The notes under the pieces: model-generated
The model's database searches: none
Seen by the model: the letters and a program-made list of their open reading frames with translations, nothing else
What the model was told of the DNA's origin: nothing
Assembly: GCA_965203295.1 (NCBI GenBank)
Contig: CBDBCZ010000015.1
Span: 800,001-864,000 of the forward strand
DNA: 64,000 nucleotides
Reading direction: 5' to 3'
From: Nitrospirales bacterium
GTDB taxonomy: Bacteria > Nitrospirota > Nitrospiria > Nitrospirales > UBA8639
Translations under genes and position numbers: made by a program
In this document: in pieces, positions 49,947 to 64,000 of the stretch
How positions within the stretch are numbered: position 1 is the first letter of the stretch
How the letters are laid out: each line of letters opens with the position of its first letter

Positions 49947-52900
49947 AATATGAACTTGGAAACTAGCGAACTGCAGCTGATTTTAGCCAAGGAGCTACCC
50001 AGGATTGTGTTTGCAGTGTCACGACAGGATGTGCCACGGTACTGAGGTGTAGTGCGATGTTTCAGAGCTGTAGTTTTAATTTAGATGTATTGTCTTTTGT
50101 TAGGAGATTCTCCCTGGGGAACCACTGCCTACCAGTACACCACACAGTGAGGCCGACTGACAGTAAAGAAATTTAATGTGATGGTTGTTCATAGAAAGTT
50201 AGTACAGCACTGTCATTTTGCTACCTAGGTACCAAAGATTCCAAGATTGGAGCCGTCAGACTATTATTGCCTGTAATGGAAAAACTGATAGCTACAAATA
50301 ACCCGGATGTAGTCCAAGGTTTGCTTCTTTTTAATATTATTACATGTACAGCAATATCTATTATGTGACTTTTGTTGTATTGCATTCAGCACTGATTGAA
50401 AGCCTCTTAAGGATTGCTCCTCTAACGGGTGAGTTTTTAATCTCTCTCTTGCCACTTTATTGTAGTCATGTTCACTATAGGGTTGTAGGTGAGTGATTGC
50501 CTCCATAGAGCCCTAACATTATTCAAGCAGAAACTTTATGCACTCTCAAGTCATTACTATAGGGACAGTATAATTTGGCAAGTTTACATTGACTCATAGA
50601 TTATGAAACAGTAACTGTTGATAATTTTAAAATGTGACATAAGTATTATTGTGTAGTCCTTACATATATGTGATGCCCTTGCAGATGACTTTTCTGTGAT
50701 TAGTTCCCCTTGCATGCCCTTGTTCACCAATGAGTGTCAGCAAGTTCGGAATGCTATCAGGTACTACATGTACATAATCATAGCTTCACTTGACATAGTA
50801 TCTTTTGATCTAAGCCTGTGTATGTACATTCTGCAAGGTAGTGGTATAACAAGAAATGGAATTTTTAATGTTAATACAAATTATATTTGTCAGATTATAA
50901 ACTATTTGTAGATATGTATCTTTTAAATGTCAAGTGTATTATTTATAGCTGTTTTTTTTCACAGGCTCACAGAATAGTAAAAGCTCAAACACTAACCCCT
51001 GGGAAGATGCTGTCCCTGTTCAAGGACAATGTTTGTCAGGTACATTAACTTGTAGGCCTTGTCTGCTATTGGATATGACCTTAACTGGGAATCTTGGTAC
51101 ATGTTTTGCAGTTTCTTGTGGAGGTACTACATCAGAAGAAGGGTTTCATTTTGAAGGCAGACAAAAAAGGGCCATTCTTACAGGTGCTTGTGTGGACCTA
51201 TGAAGACTTCCTCATGTTGTGAAATGGCATGATTATTTGACCACTTGTGCAGAAGGGATACACTATTCCTTGTGTATATTTTAAATTACATGTGTATGTA
51301 GGTGGCTTTGGCTTTTGGACAGAAAGACATGAAACAGTTTTTTGAAGTAAGTGCTTAGAATTTTACCTGCATGTGCTGTACCATTTAGCAGTGAAGAGTG
51401 TGTACGTGCATAAACTGTTGCTTTCTCAGGCCATCAAGGATGTATTCATTATTTTAGTGGTCTGCCAAGCTACACCGGAATCCTCTAAAGTTTGTGGCTA
51501 AAATGACAAATATAGTAAGGAAACAACACTTTTAAATAGTTACCGTAGGTCCTGGCGCTGAAGAATAATGACCGGCATCATTTTTGTTTTTAGTAGCGCC
51601 AATTGGTTTGTTACTTTCATATAGGGCATTTTTTGTACATGGGTTGTTTTATCTGAAATTGGAATACTACAATAAATTAATTAGCGGCAGTAATTGAGCA
51701 AAACAGTGATACACACATCCCAGGTAACAAAACAATAACAAGGTTTAGCTGTCTACAGTTTATTCCAAAGCTACCTTTTCTATGCTGTTTGTAGTTTGTT
51801 CTATGATCCTAGCCATTTTGTAAACCTTCCTAACTTCTTGACAGCATACTGAAGTATATCTCCCTTGATGTTAAATCTTGAAAATTAACTGTTAGTGTGC
51901 TGCATTTAGTACATTTATTGAACTTATATTGACAGTGAACATATTCTATCTTATCCAGAGTCCAAGATCACTACTTGTGGAGTGTTTTAAATACATCTTT
52001 TTGCATCTCGTTCGTAATGGGCAGCAAACAGACCTCAACATTGCATCCAGATTTTTGAAGGTGTTGCAGACGTGTGTATATGTATATGTGTATGTGAGTG
52101 TACGTATGTGTATAGCCATTTGATTATCAGTTATATAAATACAACCAGAGCATATTAGTAGAGCTCTGTATTGTACATGTTTTGAATACAGAAAGGGAAG
52201 GTTAATTTGTAACATGGTTTGACACCCATCTTCCACTTTCAGTCTGAGGGAGACTTTGAGATGACCACTCTGCTTCGATCAGATGTGAAGAATGTCCTCA
52301 ATCTTCTGCTACTCCACTTGAGCACTCACAGGGAGAGAGTACTGGCTGGGATAAAGATGCTTGCAGAGATGAACCAGTTGGCTGGAGAGGAGAAGCCACT
52401 GCAAATGGACAGTGAGCAGATGGTGAGTTAGGATAACATTGCATTGTCTTTACTATGCCATCAGTGGAAGTGGCGTAGGAATAGCCTCATTCCCAGGCCT
52501 CCGCACAGCTTTTATCGCTTGCAGTACAAAAAGCGTGGAAGGCCTGGAATATTTTATCATGTGAATGATGTTGAGGGTGGAGAGAGGGTAGCTTAGAGAG
52601 ACTTTAATTGAACGTGGGCGAAACTATAGCAACGTGCCCACGCAGAGCCAATTTATCAAGAAGAGTCGCACTTCTGGCAGTGTGACAAACAGGTAAGTAT
52701 AGAAAAGCGCTTAATAAAAGCCTGGTTGTTACTACATATATGGTACTTTGTGATAAAGTGCGCTCAAAGTGCTCATTGAGGCCATCATAACAATAAGTTG
52801 TCGGAGTGTTCCAACGGTTGAAACTGAGTATTCATGATGACATTACAGTCTTCTTGCCTAATTGCACGTGCGTGACGTCACATCCGTGACTGACAGGCGA

Positions 52901-53314
52901 ACTACATATTGATGTATCTCATAACTGTGTTACCACATGCAACTCTGTATATTAAACAATTATTTGGGCTGTACTTATTTAATGCAGGCTATTGGCAGCT
53001 TAATTGAGCTGATGAAACTAATGGGACCATGCTCTATTACACAAGAGAAAATGAAAGTTCTGGCTATCCTAAGGTACAGGTGTATGGATAGCATTTTTGA
53101 TCAGCATTATTTTTAAGAGAGTAGTCAATATAGATATGTATTACATATATTTTGCTGTATTTTGCTGCATGTCTGCCTGCTATAGGCACTGTCTACAACT
53201 AGGAGATGAAGAAATAACTGAATTGACCCTTTCAGCTTGAAACTGTTTCATCCATAGGTAAGCTGTTAGTGAAAGTACGTTTTAGAAACATTCAGAACGC
53301 AGTCTAGCTCATTG

Positions 53315-53388
<74 letters not shown>

Positions 53389-56300
53389 GTGGAGGTGGAG
53401 GTGAGAACACAAAGTAGGTAGCTCAATTAATTAGCTTTTGCCTATTGTAGCCACGTACGATTCATTCTCAGCTACATAAGCTAATCTTGTGCAAAGTATT
53501 AGCAGGGTTTCAGGAAAATTATGATGCATTAAAACAAGGTACAATGGGGCCTGTTCAATTACACTTGCAACACCTCTGTACGTACTTGTAGTTTTAGTTT
53601 GTACTGACACGTCATAATGGTTTGAACACAAACTTGGGGTAGCCAAAGGCTACAACTCCAGAAGCAAGTAATGAAACACAAACACCACACTTTTATTCCA
53701 CAGTGTATCGGATCCATAGTAGTGATGGAGGCAATTCAAGTGATCTATGCTTTATGGTTTGGCTGACTACCCAGACATTATACCTATGCTAAGGCTGTAT
53801 CCCGCATGCTCGTTCTAATAATGTCAATCAGGGCTGTTAAGTCCAATTCTACTGTACTGAAGTGCTCAGATATTTGAAATTCAAAACCCTAATGATTATC
53901 TTATCTATCTTGTCCACATGAAATAGCTATTCGGCAACTGTACCAAGACTTGGCAAGTACAGTACATCCATCTTTAAAGTGTCCAAGTGTGTCACATTTC
54001 ATGAATGGATTCAAGGGTGGTGTACTCGGCTTATTCATAAAGTGAGTTTATATGTAAACACATTTGCAAATATACTAGCCTCATTCCCAGGCCTCCATTC
54101 AGCATTTGTTGCTTGCAGTACAAAAGCAGGGTAGGCCAGGAATATTTGTGAAGATAAATGTAGATAGAACTTATATGAATGTAGGTAGAATGATACGTAG
54201 CAATGTGTCCATGCATGCATAAGTTGAATCATTGAGCTGCTTGAGTATGAGCTTCTTGGTAATCAACAATAATCATGCTTCCGGCAGTCTCTGTGATGAG
54301 TAAATGCTTGATGAAAGCCTGGGAAGGGGGTATTTTACCCTTCTGCTTGCTGCAGTACGCGTACCTTTGTCTGTATTGAAGCATATTCAGGGAAGGTCTA
54401 TGTGTCTATCTATGCTGCTGCATTAGATATTTTTGTTTCAGTGCCTTCAACATGACTTCTCTAACTGATAGACCATTTGATCAGGTGTGGAGACACTGCT
54501 GTGATTTGTGTTGGCATACTCTCTACTGTTTGTAAGGCTAAAATGTACCAGGCTCCCCCCCCCCCCTGGGAATGAGGCTCTTCAATTATGTATACCAATA
54601 TCCTAGTTGAGGGATTGTGTGTGTACTTGTGACATCCTGAGTTCACAAGAGACAATGCAATGCACCTGATCATCATCCATTTCTGCCAACAGATTCCGTC
54701 TTCATTGCAAAAGGATGTGTTTCTTCCCTGAAGCTTGCTCTTCAAGTTAGTTGTCCTGTGAACTGTGAAGTGTATATGTGTTCATATTGTGTTTATGCAT
54801 GGTTAGCTAATAGCATGAGACATGTTAGGCACGATGCTCTGAACTTAGAACTTGAGTTCTTCTCTATTGGCTAGTAGTATGGAGCTTCAGAAGTTCTTTT
54901 CTCTAGGCTTGGAGCACTATACATTGTGTACTGGTTGTTCCCTTTTCTTGTTGTGTTTTTGAATGCCTGCTCGTTGTACGGGATAAGTATGTATAACCTA
55001 GACAGCAATCTTTCCTTGAATATGCAGCATGACATCAGCCTTGCTCTGTATGTGTTACCACATGTCCTAACATGCCTGCTCAGGCAAGGATCACCTGCAG
55101 TACTGAAAGAGGTGCGTAAGTACATGTACGTACATGTGTAATGTGCATTACTTGCTGCTGCTTGTTCACTGCTAAATTATAATAATGGTCTTAAGTTTTA
55201 GCTACAACATGTAGGTGGATTTTTAAAACCAAATGTAATACGGCTGGAAACCATTTCATTTTGGGTAGTCAATAGTTTGCAGGCCACAGTTGGCTCATAT
55301 CTCAGTGCCACTAGCATAGAAGTAGTGTCTAGTGTGTTTTATATTTTCCATCTGAAAAAACCAGCTTGAAACTTTCAAATTAAACACCGTGGCTTAGTTT
55401 AGTAACAGGTAGGCCAAGCTAACTGCAGCTGTAGAAGACTGTCTGTCTCATCCTGTATAAACAGGATAAGTAACGGAACACACAGTACGGCAGCTTGGTA
55501 GTTGGTAGCTGTATCTTGCAAAAGCAGAATATCGTCCACTTTTTCGCCATCTGGGCAGCACAAAACTATTATAGTTACTTGCTGTTGCTTGGCCTACAAT
55601 ACTCCAAAAGCTGCTAATAGACTGCAGTTGCATAGTGGTTTGTGACATAATATTGCACATGTAATAAATGTTGACACACAAACAGACAACATACGTATGC
55701 GGTAAACATCTTAGCCCTGTCCCTGCAGCAGCTACCGTAGGACTAGTTTTAATTGCGTTGTGAAGTCATTGTATATTCGTGTTTTGACACAATTGTGTAT
55801 TTGTTAGTTACGTTGTTGCGTGCATGTCTATTATGCACATGCATTCTGCATAATGCATGATTGTGTGTTCTAATTTTTGCGAGCTTCCTTAAAAACTCGT
55901 ATTCACAATTATTAGATTATCCCAATTAAAATGGTATAGAGCACACCAACAACTGTCCTTTTTGTTCATCATGCTTTTACTATTCAGATACACACGGAAG
56001 TGATGACTGTTCTGAATCATTCAGCTGCCAGCAAAGATCTGGATTATAGAGGTACATGTATAGTAAATCAAATCTCTGAACTGCAGGGTGATTATCATGT
56101 AATGTTCCCTTCAAGATTCTACCAACATGTGTACTCAGACTATATTCACTGCCATGGACCACTTCACTGCTTGGGCCAATGGAGAAAACACAGCTGCTGC
56201 TGTGAGAGAGGCCAAAGGACAGACACAGAAAGGTAAACACATGCTCTGTGTATGACATTTAATTTAAATGTATGTATACATTAACTGTTTTCTAAACTTT

Positions 56301-58905
56301 GTAACGATTCAATTGCATATACGCAAATGTTGTAGTACAATCTTTGTGCGCTTGATCTGATGAATTTAGAGGAGTTTTGGATGGCAGGAAGAGTGTTAAA
56401 ATGACAATAGATGCTAGTGCCTAGTCTGCTTGATGTTGTACAGCACATGTTATTATTTCTCATAGCATTCTGGGTAAACAAGTCTGACATTTCATGTCTA
56501 AAAAACCAGCCGGACACCTTTCCTGTACAATATACACAACTCAGCTTAGGCCAAGCTATTAAACTACAGCTGTAGATCCAGAAATACTATATTCCTAGAG
56601 CGGTACAGCAAAAGTGCTGACTCAGCAGTTTCGTCATGCGCCTCCAGTTAGTAGCTATATGCCAAGAAACCAGGATCTTTACCGCTACCTACCAAGTTTT
56701 CGCCATCTAGGCAACACAAAACTACCTTCATTTGCTATAGCTTGGCCTGCAAACCTCCAAAAGCTACGATACACTGCAGTTGCATAGTAACGTATGACGT
56801 AATATATTGCGCACGTGGTAAGTGCGGACGCACAAACAGACGCGGAAAACGTAAAGCAATCTTAGTTCCAGCCGTTCGCGCTCCGGCTGGTAAAAATATT
56901 GCAACTTGTAGTAGGTTAGCCACAGTAATAATGGAAATTGGCACCCCACAAAAATAACACTGTCTACTGTATCCCTTCACTGCAGACAATTTTGAAGAGG
57001 TGGAAGAGGTTATAAAATTTTTGGACAGCATTCCGAAGGTGAGTGGATGTGTTCATTATGAAGAAATAATACAGTGGGGTCTGCAAGTGAGCATATCTAT
57101 CACACAGCAAAATTTGACAATAACTCAAGCTCGTTTGTCTTTGTTTTGGAGTGTGTAAAATTGGTTAATTGCCTTAGACTTAACAGTTCAGCTGTATACG
57201 TCCTGCCTCTCTGAACATACATGACCAGGGTCACTGGGTAGCTGCTAGAAAGTGATTGGTGGTTCGATTCTTCAGTCCCTTGTCATGTATATTCTTTGCA
57301 ACATAGTCATACATAATCTAAATGATTTTAATTTAGGACACCAGATTATATAGCTCTTAGTATTTTGCAAGACATGGAGAGCTACGTTTGCCAAGGCGAG
57401 CGCTAGTCGGCCATATTCTAGTCTGAGAACGAGTTCACGCACCCTGCATGGTCTGAGGGCGAGACAACATTTAATTGCGTTCACCATTACACGTGATATT
57501 TCTGCGTCCACGTGGGTCTGTTTTCGCTGACTGAAAAAATAAAGTATTGATAGATCTCTGTCAGCATATACTTACATTTTTTGCCGCACTTTGGAAAGCA
57601 CCAGTGCTTACATTCAAAATCAACAATTTCATGGGGTATCTATACTTGTAGAGTTGCTATACAGAAAATCATAGCAAAAACGAACCATATCAGCTATTTG
57701 GCATGTATAAACTGTCCTTCTGATTCACATTAGTTGCATGACTTGTAGATGTGGCATTTTCTGTCCGCTTAGTATATGCACTCAAACTTCCAGCCTGGAT
57801 AGCAGTATTAAAACTTCCCCGTACTTTACCATTCTTACTGTTTCTTGTATAGCTATGGCGTGGTTGAAAATTGTTTACTATTTCCACTGCTGCCTAGACA
57901 ATTTAGTTCAAAATTCACCGTCCAGCTGCAACCGTTCAATAATAATCATCGAATATGGACAGATATTCTGTGTTCTACATACTAGTGCATGGTTATGCTT
58001 CAATAATTTTTTAGGTCACTCTAGCATTTAAACCTAATCATATCTAAAATCCAACAAAGCATTTTTCACCTGCATTGTTCGATTAGTGATAGTATTCTGT
58101 GCAATAGGATTTGCTCAGATAAGTGTGCATGCAACACACATATACTCTCTTGTTCACAAAAGGAATCAAATTATACATGTTAAGTCATCATGAATTTGTA
58201 TTACTACCACTACAGGCCAGACTGGATGAGGAGATTGAATGCTTTTCGTGTTGAAGCAGCTTGGAGACTGGGACAGTGGAGTGAACTGGAGCTCTACCTC
58301 AAGAGTGTATGCTGAGAGGGCATAGCACCTCATGTGTGCATGAGGGTGTTGTGTTTACTAGAGATTTGTTGGGGTGATCTCTGATTAAGACCCACATAGA
58401 CATTGGCTAACTTAGAGACTTTTGTACTCAAGACTTCTGTCCATTTTCTATTTGCCCATACTTTGCTGACTTATTTCTCAGCCCACCATAAAGAGGTATA
58501 GAACATAGTGCACAACTGGTAAAACGTTATACTGCCATGACACAAAAATAGATCCTGCCATGTCACATAATATAGATCCTCAGCTGTATGCATACTGACA
58601 AGAGTTGTAATTACAAGTGAGAGGAAACATTTCAGCATAATGGGTGACCAAGGGAAAGACAGAATTATCACATACTCTATTCTATGTACATCATTTAAAC
58701 ATGAGCATAATCTGTTTAGTATGCTGTCTGCTTGTAATATTTGTATATTTACTTTCCTGCCAGGAGTCTTCAAGTAGTAAGTGGGATGTCAATCTTGGAA
58801 GATTGCTACTAGCTGCCAAGCAAAAGGTTTGCTCTTTGTATTATGTGCACACATTATTCAAATACCTGTGCATGTATGACGTATGTTGCACTGAAAAATG
58901 GGTAT

Positions 58906-59055
58906 GGTCACTCTAGCATTTACAACATAGTCATATCTAAAATCCAGTCTTACATTTTTTACGTGAACTGTTTGATAAGAGTGATAGTTCTCTGTGCTGT
59001 AAAATTTGCTCAGATACAACATGCATGCAACACACATACTCTCTTTTTCACAAAA
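58906..59055. repeat. Dispersed ~150-bp repeat, second copy of 58014-58161
   Basis: GGTCACTCTAGCATTTA...CATATCTAAAATCCA...TTTGCTCAGATA...CATGCAACACAC...CACAAAA is shared by both positions. Confidence 0.8.
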
Positions 59056-62000
59056 AATATTTTAAAGGCTTCTTAAGCAAAGTGCGTAGTGGGCAAATGG
59101 GTCCACTATCTACTGCCAGCTTGGAGCAAGGATCTTACCAGCGAGAGTATGAATACATTGTGAGGTGAGGTTGTCTAATTTGCATAAAAGAGCTTTACCG
59201 TATAGCGGGAAATTTCACTGGGGGTAAAACTTCGCCAATGTTGCCCTCAGCGGTAGTAGTGATATTTATTCATTCTGACCCTGATTTAATAATTCATGCC
59301 CTGTACATGTAGCTCTTCTGTAGACTTCATGTTTGGCTTTACATCAGAAAGCTTCTTATTAAGATGCCAATATTTTAGCTACTGAGCTGTAGCAGCTGTC
59401 TATTATATCCACATTATATCCACACTATTTTTCTATCCCACTTGTACGTCAGGGTTGACCAGATTTCTCAAGCAGACCTCCTTTAGCTTGCATTACTGTC
59501 ATATGACCTTGGAGTATTATTTCCTGTTCCCTCCTGTACGTCAGACTGCAAATGCTGCAAGAGTTAGAAGAAGGTGTTAGACTACTGCTGAGCCACAAAG
59601 ACCAAAGTGATGCTGCACAGAGTATGCTCAATAGTTGGCAAGCAAGGATTGAGCTTGGCCAGGTAGCAGTTATAATTCCTACATTCTAGTTTTCAAGCAT
59701 GGATACTTACATGGTATATGCTTGTGTAAAGTTGTGTTCCATAGCTCTCTGCTCTCCAGTTTCTCCCTGCTGCCCTCTGTAAAAGCTGGGGTCCTGAAGT
59801 GGCACCAGAGGGTGAAGCTCATATTTATAGTCATATTTCTTTGTGATTTAGGAGTCATTCAGAACTCAGGAACCTATCCTTGGCCTTAGAAGAGTGATTC
59901 TTGGACTACAGCTGGGGTAAGCAATGTCATTTACACACCCTATTCAGGCGAGCCTGTGCAATCTTCACAAAAGCAATTCAAATTCTGTTTCTTTGAGTAG
60001 TTTCTCACTTTGACCTAGGCATTAGAGTGTCTGGCTGTTACACATGATGTTGTGGCGAGCTATTGATCCTAGGGGTGGTTTCTTGCTTGTTGTAATTATG
60101 TAGGAGGGCTACAGCTCTTCATAACATGTGGCTATATTTTGTTGCATTTCCGTACTGTGTAAGCTTACGTGGACGCACAGGTAGCCTTTGTTTTCTGACA
60201 AAACGGCGCTAGGCTTGGGCTAGAGGAGCAGCTGCTATAGCTAACTGTTGTACATGCTTTGCACTGCTTCTGGGAGTATTTCACCACTTGTGGCTGGTAT
60301 TGTATGCATGTGTTGGAAAGCGTATATCTACTTAGTGCATTCCGCCGATAGGTTGCTGTTCAGAGTCATAACAAACTCCTTCGTAGTAAGTACTTGTTAA
60401 GATTCTTGGACTATCATGTGATTATGTTAGGCAAGCAATGCTTTTGGTCGGAGTCACAATTATAACTGTTTACCAGCATAGGCTTGCATGGACACATGAA
60501 AATAAAGCACACTTTGTTGATCTTGAACTGTTTCGTAATCTAAATATATGTGCTGTCAAAAATTCAGCTTCACCGAAATCTTGAGTGCCTGAGGGTGACT
60601 CTAATTATTCAAACAAAATAACATGTCTGCTGTTTGAATTCCAAAGGTTAATGATTATTGCAGGAAACGTGGTGGGCGTTCAAATTATTTGCATATTTGT
60701 TTGAAACTAGATCTGAAATAACAGCACAAACGAGTGGGTGAGTACAATCTTGGATTATTTTACAATGAGGTTTAAAAATGCAACAGTGCCAGTATACAGA
60801 ACGGTACAGCCTTCTTCGTCCAAGTGTGCATGCTTAATTTTACAGTAGCTGTTATAGAGGCATATAACTTGCTATTATTTGCAAAAGGCAACTACAGTTG
60901 TAGCTGACTTACCGTATGTGTTCCAATTAAAACTCAACAATGAGTGGTTATAGTTATTATGTACATTGTGGGTTTTCCTAGCATAGAAGTAGGCAGTACT
61001 AGCGAGAGTTTGTGGGAAGCCAGTACATGGGTGTTCAAATAATGGAGTAATAATTTCAGATTGGCTGTTTGAGATATATATATATATATATATGTGTGTT
61101 TCCCTTGAAGAAGGGGGGTTTTCGAATAATTAGATGGCTGGAATAATTAGAGTCACTACATAAACAGGATTTTGGGTTGACTGGCTTTCCAAAGGCCTCC
61201 TTTTGAGTGAGTGTGGGCACTATATATGCAGCCAAAAAATGGAAAAGCCCTGCTACATGCCTCCATTTCAGCTTGCCTTATTGATGGGCAGGGATGCAAT
61301 GAATATGGAGTCAGTACAATTCACGTGAGAATCGAGTATGGTCGCCAGTGACCCAAGTTTATGACATTGTAGTGAAATTGAATTAATAAGCTGTAGGTTG
61401 TACTGACTTCTGGCGTATGTCTTTCTCTCCAGTGAGCTGTGGCCACAAGTGGTCATAAATCTTGATGGAACGGGTGAGAGTACCACCAGAAACTTCATCC
61501 ATGCTGAGGTACATACGTATGTAACTATGTTTGATGAGCTCATGCATACATTGTAGGTAAGGGTGTGAGTATGGGTATGAGCCAACCCCGGTACAGGTGA
61601 GGGTATACATGTTGTGGACAGAAATGTATTTTCATATAGTAGATGACGCAGTGAACACAATGTACAAATACTGTATAAATCCCATTAACGCCTGATGCTG
61701 TAAACATAATCCAATCCTATTTATACTGTATGATTAGCACCCAATGATGTCTGTTAAAGTCATGAACTAAGAGCGAGCTTCAGGGAGATCCCCATTGTGA
61801 ATGGTGATGTCATAGTGAGTAGAGACTTTATTATTATATGTAGCACAGTTTACAGGGCCCTCCCCGAGCTTTTCACAATATGTAATGAATAATGCCTGCC
61901 ATCAGAACAGACAACATACAGCTCAGAATTCTTGGCCACTGAACAGCACTAGAGGTTTACTAGACATATACAACAGTGCTACTAATGTGTGATTGGCCTG

Positions 62001-62224
62001 ATAGTTAGTCATTGTTTGGTATCTAGAAGTCTGCTGCTTAATTGATGATCAGTCACGCTCGAATCTGACATCAAATCAAAGCTTGGGAGCTCTTCTCGTC
62101 AGTTCTGCTGAGAGTTTAGTCTGAGTCGTCCCTACAAAGCTATACATGGTACACACTAACGTGTATTGTAAATTCCTGTGGGCATTCGGTGATGAACTGT
62201 ACATGCACATGGATGCTTCCTTGT

Positions 62225-62300
62225 AGCAGTTTGGGAGTGAATTTGTTAAGTGAATTTCCCGAGCAGTTTGGGAGTGAATTTGTTGAGTGACTTTCCCGAG
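62225..62300. repeat. 37-bp tandem duplication
   Basis: AGCAGTTTGGGAGTGAATTTGTT(A/G)AGTGA(A/C)TTTCCCG x2. Confidence 0.85.
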
Positions 62301-64000
62301 TGTAGCAAAGGACGTAAAGGACTGCTAGTAGCTACATATACCACCTAAACATACAAATAACACTCATACATATATACTCACGTGCTCTTACTAGTACAGT
62401 ACGTACCTGGATTCCTAGAAGAAAACATAGCATGTAATTCAGCTGAGGGAAAGCCTATATGATATCTAGCCAATATTGAAGGTTTAGACAGTTGAAGATG
62501 GATAAGACACACGAAGGAGGCAGTTTGAGTTTAATTGTTTATTTATTTTTGCCGGCTGGGTGCATATGAGCACATGAACAGCTAGTACTAATCAAGACTG
62601 CTTTGCTTTTTCTGTATTTGTCTGTCTGGTAGCTGTTGTTTGTGCGTCCACACTGCGCAAAATAATATACCACACGATACTATATGCACCTTCTGGAAGT
62701 TTATAGACCAAGCTGTAGCACACGCGTGTACTTTAGTGTTGCCTATTGACAGTGAAAATGTGGTAGGCAGCCATGCTTCACCCATTATGCCACTTGGGTC
62801 CTCAGCAAGCACATCAGCACACTCTATCAGGGTAAGAGACACTATATATCAGGACTTTATATCCCATCTATATAAGGCACAATAAAATTTCAGGTGTAGG
62901 GATATACTATGTGGTGTAGTAGGCTTGGCTGTGCCTTCAACACCTTGAAATCAATAGAACTGATTCTATTGAAGGTATGGTAATATATACCTTTGTGTGT
63001 GCCATAATCTACTGTGTAGCTACTCTTAGACTGTAGCAGTACTTTTACCAGCCAGGCACACATGAAGCATGCGAACGGCTGGTCCTATTATTTCTTTATG
63101 TTTTCTGTGTTTGTTTGTCTGTCTGTTTGTGTGTCCACACTTATCACGTGCACAGTATTACATCACACGTTCCTATGTATCTGCAGTCTACTACTACTAC
63201 GTACATGTGATACTGGCATGTTTTGGGGTTTGTAGGCTAAGCTACAGTAGATGAGTGTAGTTTTGTATTGCATAATGCTGAAAAAGTGGCAAGCAAACCT
63301 ACATATAGGAAGTGATCCACTTTCTTTTAAAAGACTTACTCGTGTGTCTGGCAACTGCTCTGTGGTTCAAGGGCCTTAAAAAGACCACGTTCATTCTGGT
63401 GATGGGTACCATCGTAACTAGCAGAGGTTGCTGAGCTTTCAGACGCTAGGCAGATTGTGCATAGAAATCCTTTCCCCCAAATGTATGAATGCAGACACTA
63501 TTAAAAGCACCATTTATCGTACACTTTTGTTCTGCTGGCGCCACCATGTGAAATGTTTAGTAACAAAATACACACACACAATTGTGAGGTCTTAGCACCG
63601 ACTAAAAGTGAATTCTAAAGATTCTGTGCCAGATATTTGTGCATGGGGCAGGGTCTCAGCATGCTAGGCTGCATAGCAAAGTTAAAACCATGTCACAATT
63701 TAAGCTTAAAAAATTTTTGTTTGAAAATGCTTGCCACTTGATTTCCAGATCAGGTTTGTAATAGACTTAATTGCGGGATTATGCAAACTTTTTTTGAGAT
63801 TGTGCAAGCCTTGCCGTTGTGGCAAAAACCGAGTAAGAGACTTAGGAAATGCATATGCAGCTAACCTGTGTGGAAATCATACTCATCTACATGTACACTC
63901 TTCATACTTGATCATCACAGGAATGTCAATATCACCCATCTGCACAACTTTATGGTTTCCATTTATATGCATTGTGCATTGCAAGTACTTGTGCTTGTTG

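Noticed and set aside
12529..53240. Alternative genetic code or stop-codon readthrough explaining the stops in DGCR8 and ATR
   Set aside because: All three stop types occur, alongside frameshifts, lost splice sites, missing exons and a TE insertion; the ABCG genes read normally with the standard code.

Overview
Intron-rich, AT-rich animal genomic DNA. A marine invertebrate, possibly a sponge, is a tentative guess from the repeat style and small exons. The minus strand carries two tandem ABCG2-like half-transporter genes. One is complete (16 coding exons, 21241-37676); the other shows only its first 6 coding exons (63-6321) and runs off the left edge. Around them lie intron-retaining but broken copies of normally single-copy genes, all on the + strand: an SF3A3 fragment, DGCR8/Pasha (3 in-frame stops plus a frameshift), an inverted ABCG fragment, a C6orf89/BRAP-like gene (frameshift, lost splice donor) and ATR (nonsense codon, missing exons, a CRE-like retrotransposon in a probable exon with a 10-bp TSD). 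The rest is MITEs (hAT-, piggyBac-, pogo-like), Helentron-type HINEs, long fold-back elements and a decayed ~180-bp tandem array. There is also a family of tiny CATAG...CTATG hairpins with 7-bp TSDs that resemble P-element excision footprints. I see no clear new enzymatic system; the most unusual signals are the pseudogene block and the transposon scars. All gene identities come from recalled protein motifs, not database searches.
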